Source of the DNA: an uncultured Gemmatimonadales bacterium
GTDB lineage: Bacteria; Gemmatimonadota; Gemmatimonadetes; Longimicrobiales; RSA9
Length of the DNA stretch: 64,000 nucleotides
Direction: 5' to 3'
NCBI GenBank assembly: GCA_963708135.1
Contig: OY970192.1
Span: forward strand, 1,408,001-1,472,000
Below, one piece after another: positions 10,521 to 19,908 of the stretch; position 1 is the first letter of the stretch; every line of letters begins with the position of its first letter. A program made the translations under genes and the position numbers. The notes beneath the pieces are model-generated. The model did not search any database and was not told the DNA's origin. It saw only the letters and a list, made by a program, of their open reading frames with translations.

Positions 10521-11405
10521 ATGATCCGAAGCATGACGGGGTTCGGCAGCGCCGAGCAGGTGACGGCCGTAGGCCGCCTGCGCGCGGAGGTGAGGACCGT
10601 CAACCACCGCTTCTTCAGCCCGCAGGTGCGCCTGTCGCCGGCGCTCGAGCGCTTCGAGCCGCAGGTCCGGGAATGGCTGCGCGCCTACCTGCCGCGCGGG
10701 CACGTCACGTGCGCCCTCAGGCTCGATCAGGAGCGTGCGGACGAGGCGGCCGGCGTGCGGCTCGATCTGCCGCGGGCGCGTGCCTACCACCGCGCGCTGC
10801 GTGAGCTGAAGGAGGCGTTCGACCTGCCCGGGGAAGTGGACCTGGCGCTCCTCGGCCGGTTCGGCGACCTGCTCGTCCCGGCCCCGCCCGAGCCCGTCGA
10901 AGTACCGGAGGAGGACGTACGGACGGTGACGGAAGGCGCGGCGCGCGCCGCGGCGGCCATGCGCGAGGAGGAGGGGCGGCGGCTGCTCGCGGACCTGGAG
11001 GAGCGGCTGCGTGGCATCGAGGCGGCCCTGGAGCTGATCTCGGAACGTGCCCCCCGACGGCTGGAGGCGGAGCGCGACCGGCTCCGCTCTGCCATCGCGG
11101 ATCTGGTGGGCGAGATCGGGGTTGATGAGGAGCGCGTCGTGCGGGAGGTGGCGTTCATGGCGGAGCGGTGGGACGTGAGCGAGGAGCTGGTCCGGCTCGC
11201 GTCGCACATCTCGCTCTTCCGCGAGACCGTGGAGAGCGATGCGGTGGAGCCGGTAGGAAAGCGGCTGGGCTTCCTCGTCCAGGAGATGCACCGGGAGACC
11301 AACACCATCGGCTCCAAGGCCAACGACGCCCCCATCGAGCACCAGGTGATCGCCATAAAGAACGAGGTCGAGCGGCTGCGAGAGCAGGTCGAGAACGTGG
11401 AGTGA
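10521..11405 (+). CDS. yicC: YicC/YloC family endoribonuclease
   Basis: MIRSMTGFG start; GKRLGFLVQEMHRETNTIGSKA...REQVENVE end. Confidence 0.97.
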   Translation: MIRSMTGFGSAEQVTAVGRLRAEVRTVNHRFFSPQVRLSPALERFEPQVREWLRAYLPRGHVTCALRLDQERADEAAGVRLDLPRARAYHRALRELKEAFDLPGEVDLALLGRFGDLLVPAPPEPVEVPEEDVRTVTEGAARAAAAMREEEGRRLLADLEERLRGIEAALELISERAPRRLEAERDRLRSAIADLVGEIGVDEERVVREVAFMAERWDVSEELVRLASHISLFRETVESDAVEPVGKRLGFLVQEMHRETNTIGSKANDAPIEHQVIAIKNEVERLREQVENVE

Positions 11406-12052
11406 GCGTGGCCTGCCGTGCCTTCCCCGTCGTGATCGCCGCACCGAGCGGGGCAGGGAAGACGTCTCTCGCGCACGCGCTCGTGGCGCGTCACGCGGAC
11501 CTCGTTTTCTCGATCTCCGCCACCACGCGGGCCGCGCGTTCCCACGAACGTGCCGGGATCGATTACATTTTCACGGATGAGCCCGGCTTCGAGCGCATGG
11601 TCGCGACCGGCGAGCTGCTCGAGTGGGCGGTCGTCCACGGCCGCCGCTATGGCACGCCGCGCAGCGCGGTCGAGAGTGCGCTGGCCGGCGGGCGGAGCGT
11701 CCTGCTCGACATCGACGTGCAGGGCGCGCGGCAGGTCCGCCGCGCCTTCCCGGATGCGGTGCTTATCTTCATCCTCCCGCCCTCGGCCGAGGAGCTCCAC
11801 CGCCGCCTCGCGGGGCGGGGCAGCGAGGGCGGATCGGAGCTGCGGCGGCGCCTGGAGAACGCGCGCGCCGAGCTCGCCTGCGCGGACGAGTTCGATTACG
11901 TGGTGGTGAACGACGAGTTCGAGCGCGCGCTCGGCGCGCTCGAGGCGATCCTGACCGCCGAGCGGCATCGCTGGCGCCGCGCGGCGGACGGCGCGCAATG
12001 GATCGGTCGCCTGGAGGGCGATCTTGCAGACATCCTCAGCAGGAGCGAGTAA
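11402..12052 (+). CDS. gmk: Guanylate kinase
   Basis: APSGAGKTS, SATTR, YGT, DIDVQGA; GTGA overlap with yicC. Confidence 0.97.
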   Translation: MSVACRAFPVVIAAPSGAGKTSLAHALVARHADLVFSISATTRAARSHERAGIDYIFTDEPGFERMVATGELLEWAVVHGRRYGTPRSAVESALAGGRSVLLDIDVQGARQVRRAFPDAVLIFILPPSAEELHRRLAGRGSEGGSELRRRLENARAELACADEFDYVVVNDEFERALGALEAILTAERHRWRRAADGAQWIGRLEGDLADILSRSE

Positions 12053-12055
12053 CCC

Positions 12056-12271
12056 ATGCAGGTATTCACGCCGGGAGAGACCGCGAAGGCGGCCAAGAGC
12101 AAGTACCTCGGTGTCCTCGTCGCGGCCAAGTACGCGCGAGAGCTGAACGCGCTGCCGCGGGAGGCCGTTCCCGCCGGGCTGGAGAAGAAGCTGACCACCC
12201 GGGCGCTGGAGGCCATTACCGGCGGCGAGATCGAGTTCGAGATCACCAAGCGGCACGTGCGCGGAGCCTAG
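12056..12271 (+). CDS. rpoZ: RNA polymerase omega subunit
   Basis: SKY..V.VAAK.AREL...K.TT.ALE; gmk-rpoZ-coaBC synteny. Confidence 0.92.
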   Translation: MQVFTPGETAKAAKSKYLGVLVAAKYARELNALPREAVPAGLEKKLTTRALEAITGGEIEFEITKRHVRGA

Positions 12272-12278
12272 GCGGTCC

Positions 12279-13517
12279 ATGGGCGGGGCGGCGCTGGCCC
12301 CGCGGCGGCCGTGGCGCGGGCGCCGCGTCGTCCTCGGCGTGAGCGGCGGGATCGCGGCGTACAAGAGTGTCCAGCTCGCGCGCGACCTGACGCGGCTCGG
12401 GGCCGAGGTGGATGTCGTCCTGACCCGGGCCGCAGGCGCGTTCGTGGGCGCGCTCACCTTCGAGGCGGTGACCGGCCGCCGCGTGCACGCCAACATCCTG
12501 GCGCCCGGCTACGCGCTCGACCACATCCGCATCGCCCGCGAGGCCGATGTGGTGTGCGTCGCCCCCGCGACCGCCGACCTGCTCGCGCGCGCCGCCCACG
12601 GCGAGGCGGGGGACATGCTCACGGCGGTGCTGCTCGCTACCCGCGCGCCCGTGCTGCTCTGCCCGGCCATGAACGACCGGATGTTCGCCCATCCGCAGAC
12701 GCGGGCAAACCTGCGTCATCTTTCGGATGCTCTCGGCTACCTGATCGTCGGCCCGGCCACGGGGCCGCTCGCCTACGGAGAAGGGGAGGGGCCTGGACGG
12801 CTCGAGGAGCCCGGGACCATCCTGGAGCACATCGGGCGTGCGCTCGCGGGGACCACGGTGCTCTCCGGCCTGCGCGTCGTCGTGACCGCCGGACCGACGC
12901 GGGAAGCGGTGGACCCGGTGCGGTTCCTGTCCAACCGCTCGTCGGGCCGGATGGGCTTCGCGCTGGCGGCGGCGGCCTGGCGCCGCGGCGCCGACGTCCG
13001 GCTGATCGCGGGACCCACGGCCATCGCGCCGCCGGATGGACCGGAGCTGATCCGGGTGGAGAGCGCCGCCGAGATGGAGAGCGCCGTTCGCGCGGCGCTG
13101 CCGGAGGCGGATGTGCTGCTCATGGCCGCCGCGGTCGCCGACTTCCGGCCGTCACGCGCGGCCCCGCAGAAGCTGAAGAAGGAGACGAACCTGGACGCCC
13201 TGCCGCTGGAGCCGGCTGCCGACATCCTGCGTGCCACCCGCGACGCTCGCCGGCCCGGCATGCTCGTCGTCGGATTCGCGCTGGAGACGGAGAACGCACG
13301 TGCGAACGCGCGCGCCAAGCTGGAATCGAAGGGGTTGGACCTCGTGGTGCTGAACGATGCCACGGAGCCGGGCGCCGCCTTCGAGGTGGATACCAACCGG
13401 GTCACGATCCTGGCACGTGAGGGCGGGGAGGAGCCGTTGCCGCTGCTCTCGAAGGACGAGGTCGCGGAGGCGATCCTCGACCGCGTCGAGGCGCTGCGGG
13501 CGCGGCGGGCGTCCTGA
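12279..13517 (+). CDS. coaBC: Phosphopantothenoylcysteine decarboxylase/phosphopantothenate--cysteine ligase
   Basis: GVSGGIAAYK, PATAD, PAMN, TAGPTRE..DPVRF.SNRSSGRMG, AAVADF, GFALET. Confidence 0.98.
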   Translation: MGGAALAPRRPWRGRRVVLGVSGGIAAYKSVQLARDLTRLGAEVDVVLTRAAGAFVGALTFEAVTGRRVHANILAPGYALDHIRIAREADVVCVAPATADLLARAAHGEAGDMLTAVLLATRAPVLLCPAMNDRMFAHPQTRANLRHLSDALGYLIVGPATGPLAYGEGEGPGRLEEPGTILEHIGRALAGTTVLSGLRVVVTAGPTREAVDPVRFLSNRSSGRMGFALAAAAWRRGADVRLIAGPTAIAPPDGPELIRVESAAEMESAVRAALPEADVLLMAAAVADFRPSRAAPQKLKKETNLDALPLEPAADILRATRDARRPGMLVVGFALETENARANARAKLESKGLDLVVLNDATEPGAAFEVDTNRVTILAREGGEEPLPLLSKDEVAEAILDRVEALRARRAS

Positions 13518-14342
13518 ATGCTCGACCGTACGCTCCTTCTCCGCTACCTGCGCCAGCGCGCCGAGCTCGGCGAGCGAGACCTGTTCCTGGACGAGCTGAG
13601 CGCCGCCGAGGTGGTTCGGCTGCTCGGCGGCGCGGACGGCCCGGGGCGGGACTCGGCTCGGCCGGCGCCGAAGGCCCGGACTGCCGCGAAAGCGGCCTCG
13701 GCCGCTTCGGTTCCGCCCGCACGGGCAGTGGCCTCCGCGGCTCTTTCAGCCGCGCCGGGCCGGTCGGCGGAGCCGGTGTCCGCGGGCGCGCAGCCGCTCC
13801 GCGTTCTTTCGGTCGAGGCCGCGGAGTGCACGCGCTGCAGGCTGCACGAGGGGCGCCGCAACGTCGTCTTCGGGGAGGGCAGCGCGTGCGCGCAACTGGT
13901 CGTGGTCGGAGAGGCGCCGGGCGGGGAGGAGGACCGTACGGGGCGGCCCTTCGTGGGGCCGGCCGGCAAGCTTCTCGACCTCCTGCTACTGAGCGCCGGC
14001 TTCGCGCGCGAGCGGGTCTACATCTGCAACGTGCTCAAGTGCCGGCCGCCGCAGAACCGCAACCCGCTCCCGGACGAGGTGGAGCAGTGCGCGCGCTATC
14101 TGCGGGCGCAGCTGGACGTGATCTCGCCCAGGGTGCTGCTTGCGGCCGGCAAGTTCGCCGCGCAGAGCCTGGCCGGCAGTGAACAGAGCATCGGACGGCT
14201 GCGCGGCCGCATACACTCGTACGCAGGGATTCCCCTGGTCGTGACCTACCACCCCGCGTTCCTGCTGCGCAGCCCGCAGTGGACGCGCACGACGTGGGAG
14301 GACTTCCAGCTCGCTCGCAAGGTGCTCGATGAACAGGCGTGA
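13518..14342 (+). CDS. Uracil-DNA glycosylase family 4 (4Fe-4S)
   Basis: CTRCRL, GEAPG.EED.TGRPFVG, NVLKCRPP.NR.P, YHPAFLLR; Ala/Pro-rich N-terminal linker. Confidence 0.95.
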   Translation: MLDRTLLLRYLRQRAELGERDLFLDELSAAEVVRLLGGADGPGRDSARPAPKARTAAKAASAASVPPARAVASAALSAAPGRSAEPVSAGAQPLRVLSVEAAECTRCRLHEGRRNVVFGEGSACAQLVVVGEAPGGEEDRTGRPFVGPAGKLLDLLLLSAGFARERVYICNVLKCRPPQNRNPLPDEVEQCARYLRAQLDVISPRVLLAAGKFAAQSLAGSEQSIGRLRGRIHSYAGIPLVVTYHPAFLLRSPQWTRTTWEDFQLARKVLDEQA

Positions 14343-15717
14343 AGCTTCGGGCGTGGCGACGATGCCCGCCCCCGACCGTCAGCCGCCCTACGCGGCGGAG
14401 GCCGAGATCAGCGTGCTCGGCGGCATGCTGATCGATGGCGATGCCGTGGCCAAGGCGGTGGAGGTCGTCGACGAATCGATGTTCTACCGCGAGGCCAACC
14501 GGCGCGTCTACCGCGCGATGGCCCGGCTGTTCGAGCGCGGGCAGGTCATCGATCCGGTCACGGTCAGCGAGGAGCTGAAGAAGACGGAGGAGCTGGATGT
14601 GGCCGGTGGGATGGCCTACCTGTCCGATCTCCTCGACGCCGTGCCGACGGCCGCCAACGTCGAGTACCACGCGCGCATCGTCCGCGAGCGGGCGCTCCTG
14701 CGCCGGCTGATCGAGGCCTCTTCGCAGATCATCCGCGACTCCTACGAAATCGGCGAGAAGACGGTCGAGGAGATCCTGGACGAGTCGGAGCAGCGCATCT
14801 TCCAGGTCGCGCAGTCGCACGAGCGCGAGGGCTTCGTCTGGATCAAGCGGATCCTCTACTCCGCGTTCGAGCAGATCGAGAAGTGGCAGGCGGTCAAGGG
14901 TGGCATCACCGGCGTCCCGACCGGCTACACCGACCTCGACGAGATGACCGGCGGCTTCCAGCGCGGCGACCTGGTCATCATCGCCGCGCGCCCGAGCATG
15001 GGGAAGACCTCGCTCGTGACCGGCATGGCGCTGCACGCCGCCATCGCGCACCAGACGCCCGCGGCGATCTTCTCCCTCGAAATGTCCAAGGACCAGATCG
15101 TCCAGCGCATGCTCTGCCACGAGGCGCTCGTGGACCTCGGCCGGCTCCGTCGCGGCCGCCTCTCCGACGACGACTTCGTCCGCCTGGCCCAGGCCGCCGG
15201 CCACCTCAACACCGCGCCGATCTGGATCGACGAGTCCGGTTCCCTGAACGTGCTCGAGATGCGCGCCAAGGCCCGCCGCCTCAAGGCGGACCAGCCCGAG
15301 ATCGGCATGATCATCGTCGACTACATCCAGCTCATGCAGTCCTCCGGCAAGTCCGAGAACCGGCAGCAGGAGGTGAGCGACATCAGCCGCGGGCTCAAGT
15401 CGCTGGCCAAGGAGCTCAACGTCCCGATCATCGCCCTGTCCCAGCTGTCTCGCGCTCCCGAGCAGCGCACCGACCACCGCCCGCAGCTCTCCGACCTGCG
15501 CGAGTCCGGCTCGATCGAGCAGGATGCCGATCTGGTCATGTTCCTGTACCGCCCCGAGCGATACGTTACGGACATGGAAGCGGAGGAGAAGGGCATTGTC
15601 GGCCGTGCCGAGCTGATCATCGGCAAGCAGCGCAACGGGCCCACCGGCACGGTCGAGCTGTTCTTCCGGAAGGAATGCACCCGCTTCGAGTCGTTCACCC
15701 GCCGCGAATCGCCGTAG
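14329..15717 (+). CDS. dnaB: Replicative DNA helicase
   Basis: AARPSMGKT, SLEMS, IVDYIQLM, LSQLSR, DLRESGSIEQDAD, KQRNGPTG. Confidence 0.99.
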   Translation: MNRREASGVATMPAPDRQPPYAAEAEISVLGGMLIDGDAVAKAVEVVDESMFYREANRRVYRAMARLFERGQVIDPVTVSEELKKTEELDVAGGMAYLSDLLDAVPTAANVEYHARIVRERALLRRLIEASSQIIRDSYEIGEKTVEEILDESEQRIFQVAQSHEREGFVWIKRILYSAFEQIEKWQAVKGGITGVPTGYTDLDEMTGGFQRGDLVIIAARPSMGKTSLVTGMALHAAIAHQTPAAIFSLEMSKDQIVQRMLCHEALVDLGRLRRGRLSDDDFVRLAQAAGHLNTAPIWIDESGSLNVLEMRAKARRLKADQPEIGMIIVDYIQLMQSSGKSENRQQEVSDISRGLKSLAKELNVPIIALSQLSRAPEQRTDHRPQLSDLRESGSIEQDADLVMFLYRPERYVTDMEAEEKGIVGRAELIIGKQRNGPTGTVELFFRKECTRFESFTRRESP

Positions 15718-15739
15718 CGCCCGCCGGCGCGCTCCCGCC

Positions 15740-17116
15740 ATGGCGAAGGTCCGGACCGTCTTCTTCTGCACCCAGTGCGGCAACGAGGCCCCGCGGTGGC
15801 AGGGCCAGTGCGCGGCCTGCGGCGAGTGGAACACGCTCGTCGAAGAGCCGGCCGGCGGACGGCGCCGCAAGGCGACGTCTTCCCCCGCTGGCCACCGCGC
15901 CGCCGCGCCGGCCGCGGCGCCGATCCGGCTCGCCGACGTCGATGGCGGCGCCACGGCCCGCTGGCGCACCAGCCTGGACGAGTTCGACTTCGTCCTGGGG
16001 GGCGGCCTCGTTCCCGGCTCGCTGATCCTGGTCGGCGGCGAGCCCGGCATCGGCAAGAGCACCATCCTGCTCCAGTGCGCGGCGCGGCTGACCGCGGCGG
16101 GCCGGGCCACGCTCTACGTGTCCGGCGAGGAGAGCGCGGCGCAGGTCCGGTTGCGGGCGGATCGCCTGGCGGGTGGCGCCGGCGACGTCGCCTTCGTGGC
16201 GGAGACGGAGCTCGAGCGGATCCTGGCCCACGCGGAGTCGGCCGCGCCCGCGGTCCTCGTCATCGACTCCATCCAGACCGTGTTCACGACCGAGCTCGAG
16301 GGCGCCCCCGGCAACGTGGGCCAGGTCCGCGAGTGCGCCGCGCGCCTGCAGCGGTTCGCGAAGGAGACCGGCACGGCCATCTTCCTGGTCGGCCACGTGA
16401 CCAAAGGCGGGGTCGTGGCGGGGCCCCGGACGCTCGAGCACATCGTGGATACCGTCCTCTACTTCGAGGGCGCGGGCGGCCTGGATCACCGGGTGCTGCG
16501 CGCCACCAAGAACCGCTTCGGCGGCGTCGACGAGATCGGCGTCTTCCGGATGACCGAAGCCGGACTCGAGCCGGTGGCCAACCCGTCCGAGCTCTTCCTC
16601 GGCGAGCGCACGCGCGGCGTGAGCGGCGCCGCCGTGCTGGCCACGCTCGAGGGAACGCGCCCGCTGCTGGTCGAGGTGCAGGCGCTCTGTGCGCGCGCCA
16701 GCTACGGCGCGCCGCAGCGGGTCGCCACCGGGTTCGATCGGCAGCGCCTGTCCCTCCTCCTGGCGGTGCTCGAGAAGCGCGCCGGAATCGGCTTCGGCCA
16801 GATCGACGTGTTCCTGAACGTCGCTGGCGGCGTCCGCATCGCCGAGCCCGCCGGCGATCTGGCCGTGGCGGCCGCCCTCGCGTCCAGCGTCTTCGACCGC
16901 GCCCTGCCCGCCGACGCCGTCTTCCTCGGAGAGGTCGGGCTCGGCGGCGAGCTGCGGGCCGTCGGGCAGGTCGAGCGGCGGCTCGCGGAGGCCGCGCGGA
17001 TGGCGTTCCGGCGCGCGTTCGTGCCGAGCCGTGCCGTGCCGCCGCGGGTGCCCTCCGGGCTCGAGGCGGTCGGCGTCGGCTCGCTCGGCGAGCTGCTGGG
17101 GAGGCTGTTTCCGTGA
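15740..17116 (+). CDS. radA: DNA repair protein RadA/Sms
   Basis: C4 zinc finger, GGEPGIGKST, KNRFG, Lon-like C-terminal domain. Confidence 0.99.
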   Translation: MAKVRTVFFCTQCGNEAPRWQGQCAACGEWNTLVEEPAGGRRRKATSSPAGHRAAAPAAAPIRLADVDGGATARWRTSLDEFDFVLGGGLVPGSLILVGGEPGIGKSTILLQCAARLTAAGRATLYVSGEESAAQVRLRADRLAGGAGDVAFVAETELERILAHAESAAPAVLVIDSIQTVFTTELEGAPGNVGQVRECAARLQRFAKETGTAIFLVGHVTKGGVVAGPRTLEHIVDTVLYFEGAGGLDHRVLRATKNRFGGVDEIGVFRMTEAGLEPVANPSELFLGERTRGVSGAAVLATLEGTRPLLVEVQALCARASYGAPQRVATGFDRQRLSLLLAVLEKRAGIGFGQIDVFLNVAGGVRIAEPAGDLAVAAALASSVFDRALPADAVFLGEVGLGGELRAVGQVERRLAEAARMAFRRAFVPSRAVPPRVPSGLEAVGVGSLGELLGRLFP

Positions 17117-17805
17117 TCACGGGCGTCGGCGTCGTGCTCGCCGCGGCCGGCTCCGGTCGCCGTCTGGGTGGCGCCCGCAAGCAGTACCGGGAGATCCTCG
17201 GCGTGCCCGCCCTGCTGCGCGCCCTGCGGCCGTTCCTCGATCATCCGGCGGTCGAGGCGGCCGTCGTCGCGCTGCCGCCCGAAGACGTGGCCGAGCCGCC
17301 CGGCTGGCTGCGCGGAATCGATTCGCGCGTCACGCTCGTGGGTGGGGGAGCGGAGCGGGGGGACTCGGTGCGGGCGGCGGTAGAGGCGCTCCCCCCTGGG
17401 ATCGCCACGGTCCTCGTCCACGACGCCGCGCGGCCGCTCGTGACCACCGCCCTGATCGAGCGCGTGCTCGGCGCGCTCCGCGAGGGGAGCGGGGATGGCG
17501 CGGTCGCTGGCCTGCCCGTGGCGGACACGATCAAGGAGGTCGACCCGACCGGCGCCGTCCTGTCCACGCCCGAGCGCTCCAGGCTGCGCGCCGTGCAGAC
17601 GCCGCAGGGATTTCCGCGCGCGGTGCTGCTCGAGGCCCACGCCCGGGCGCGGGCCGAGGGAATCGTCGCAACCGATGACGCCGCGCTCGTCGAGCGCTAC
17701 GGGGGACGGGTCATGGTGGTCGAGGGCGATCCGGACAACCTGAAGATCACCACCGCCCGCGACATTGTCATCGCGGAGGCGATCCTGAGGGCGAGGGGCG
17801 GGTGA
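17113..17805 (+). CDS. ispD: 2-C-methyl-D-erythritol 4-phosphate cytidylyltransferase
   Basis: AAGSGRR.G..KQY, GG.ER.DSV, VHDAARP, QTPQGF, TDD, NLKITT; GTG overlaps the radA stop. Confidence 0.97.
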   Translation: MITGVGVVLAAAGSGRRLGGARKQYREILGVPALLRALRPFLDHPAVEAAVVALPPEDVAEPPGWLRGIDSRVTLVGGGAERGDSVRAAVEALPPGIATVLVHDAARPLVTTALIERVLGALREGSGDGAVAGLPVADTIKEVDPTGAVLSTPERSRLRAVQTPQGFPRAVLLEAHARARAEGIVATDDAALVERYGGRVMVVEGDPDNLKITTARDIVIAEAILRARGG

Positions 17806-18461
17806 GCGCGCCGGTGATGGTGCCGTTCGCGGATCCCGCCGCCCGCGCGCAAGCCGCGGGACGTGTGGCGAACCACCTCCGGGCGGGAGGGCTGATCGCA
17901 TATCCGACCGAGACGGTGTACGGGTTCGGGTGCGCGCTGCGGGCACGGGCGCTCGCCGCACTCGGCGCGCTGAAGGCCCGCGACCGGGACAAGCCGTTCC
18001 TTCTTCTCGTGCGCGGCCGGCGCGATGTCGAGGGACTCCGCTGGTCGTCCGCCGCCCGCCGGCTCGCCGATGCGTTCTGGCCCGGGGCGCTCACCCTGGC
18101 CCTGCCGGCCGGCTCTGCACGGCTGCCGGCGCCGGTGATCGGGGCGGAGGGCGCCGTGGCGGTGCGTGCCTCGCCCCACCCCGCCGTGCGTGCGCTGCTC
18201 GATGCGCTGGGGGAGCCGATCACGTCGACGAGCGCAAATGCGCCCGGCCAGCCGCCGGCCGCCTCCGCGGCGGGGGCGGCCCGGGCGCTGGAGACGCTCG
18301 GCGGCATGGATGTCTGGGTCCTGGACGGAGGAAGCTTGCAGCCATCGCCGCCCTCCACCATCGTCGATTGCTCGGCGTCGCGCCCGCGGGTGCTGCGGGT
18401 GGGCGCCATCCCCGTGGAGCGCTTGCGCGAGGTCGTCGCGGAGATCGATGAGCGAAGCTGA
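17802..18461 (+). CDS. tsaC: L-threonylcarbamoyladenylate synthase (TsaC/YrdC type, no Sua5 C-terminal domain)
   Basis: YPTETVYG, K.R...KP, FWPG.LT, TSTSAN, PSTIVD, LRVG. Confidence 0.93.
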   Translation: MSAPVMVPFADPAARAQAAGRVANHLRAGGLIAYPTETVYGFGCALRARALAALGALKARDRDKPFLLLVRGRRDVEGLRWSSAARRLADAFWPGALTLALPAGSARLPAPVIGAEGAVAVRASPHPAVRALLDALGEPITSTSANAPGQPPAASAAGAARALETLGGMDVWVLDGGSLQPSPPSTIVDCSASRPRVLRVGAIPVERLREVVAEIDERS

Positions 18462-18993
18462 ACTGCCGGGATCCGACGAGACACGCGAAGATCCCCTGGA
18501 GCGACTCCCGACGGGGAGCGCACCCGCCACCTACAACCTCCTCTTCGTGTGCACCGGCAACACGTGTCGGAGCCCGATGGCGGCCGCGATCACGCGCCGG
18601 AAGCTGGAGGATCGCGGCTGGACGCAGGTGGCGGTCGCGTCCGCGGGCGTCGGTGCGGCCGAGGGGCTGCCCGCCGCGCAGAACGCCCTGGCGGTGACGG
18701 CGGTCCACGGCCTCGACCTGTCCGCTCACCGCTCCACTCCGCTTTCCCCCCACATCGTCGCCTGGGCGGACCTCATCCTCGGAATGGCGCCGGCCCACGT
18801 GGAGGGAGCGGTGCGTATGGGCGGAGCTGGACGAGCGGCGATGCTCACGGACTTTCTGGGCGGCCCGCTGGCGGGGCTTCCGATCGACGATCCGTTCGGC
18901 GGGAGCGAGGCCGAATACCGCTCCGCGTTCGAGCAGCTCGATGCGGCCATCGAGGCCGTGCTCAGCCGGCTCGAGCCGATCCTCGCACCCTGA
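18448..18993 (+). CDS. Low-molecular-weight phosphatase, YwlE-like (protein-arginine phosphatase)
   Basis: P-loop CTGNTCRS, SAG, ADLIL.M, I.DPFGG. Confidence 0.88.
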   Translation: MSEAELPGSDETREDPLERLPTGSAPATYNLLFVCTGNTCRSPMAAAITRRKLEDRGWTQVAVASAGVGAAEGLPAAQNALAVTAVHGLDLSAHRSTPLSPHIVAWADLILGMAPAHVEGAVRMGGAGRAAMLTDFLGGPLAGLPIDDPFGGSEAEYRSAFEQLDAAIEAVLSRLEPILAP

Positions 18994-19005
18994 GCGAGCG
19001 CACCC

Positions 19006-19854
19006 GTGCCCACTCCCAGCGCGGCCACCCGCCTCATCACCCTCCTCGGCGACCCGGTGGCGCATTCCCTCTCGCCGGTGATCCAGAACGCGGCCTTCCG
19101 TGCGGCCGGCGTGGACGGCGTCTACCTCGCGCTCCGCTGCGACGAAGCGGAGGCGCCGACGCTGCTCCGCGCCCTGGCCCACGCGGGCGCGGCCGGCAAC
19201 GTGACCCTGCCCCACAAGCGACGTGTCCTGGACGCGCTCGATGAACGCACGCCGGCGGTCGAGCGCACCGGGGCCTGCAACACCTTCTGGCTCGAAGCTG
19301 GTCGGATCCTCGGCGACAACACCAATGTGGCCGGCTTCGCGGCCGCCGTGCGCGCGCTGATCGGGGCGCCCGCGGGGGCTCGCGTGCTGCTGCTCGGGGC
19401 CGGCGGCGCCGCGCGCGCCGCGCTGCTCGCCCTGCTGGAGGCTCGCTCCGATGCCGTCGTGCTGCTCAACCGCACCCGCGAGCGGGCCGAGACGCTTCGC
19501 GATGCGTTCGACCCGCAGCACCGCCGCGTGCGGGTTGCCGCGGATGCTGCGGAAGTCCGGCGGGAGGGATTCGATCTCGTCGTGAACGCAACCTCCCTCG
19601 GGCTCCACGGCGACGACCCGCTCCCGCTCGATCCGGCGCACGTCCACCGCGCGGGCGCCGTTCTCGACCTGGCCTACGCCCCCGGCGGGACGGCGTTGGT
19701 GCGCCGCGCCCTGGCGCTCGGGCTGCCCGCCCGCGATGGCCGGGAGATGCTCCTGCACCAGGGCGCGGCCGCGTTCCGCCGCTGGTGGGGGCGGGAGGCG
19801 CCGCTCGACGCCATGCGCTCCGCGCTCGAGGCCGCCGCCGGCGACGACGCCTGA
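19006..19854 (+). CDS. aroE: Shikimate dehydrogenase (catalytic NTD motif reads NTN)
   Basis: GDPVAHSLSP, NVT.PHK, GACNT, GAGGAARA, NRT, NATSLG, G.EML.HQG. Confidence 0.93.
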   Translation: MPTPSAATRLITLLGDPVAHSLSPVIQNAAFRAAGVDGVYLALRCDEAEAPTLLRALAHAGAAGNVTLPHKRRVLDALDERTPAVERTGACNTFWLEAGRILGDNTNVAGFAAAVRALIGAPAGARVLLLGAGGAARAALLALLEARSDAVVLLNRTRERAETLRDAFDPQHRRVRVAADAAEVRREGFDLVVNATSLGLHGDDPLPLDPAHVHRAGAVLDLAYAPGGTALVRRALALGLPARDGREMLLHQGAAAFRRWWGREAPLDAMRSALEAAAGDDA

Positions 19855-19908
19855 GCCCGGCCGTTCCCGCCATTCCCGCGCCCCGGGCCGCCCGCCACCC
19901 TGGAGGGC

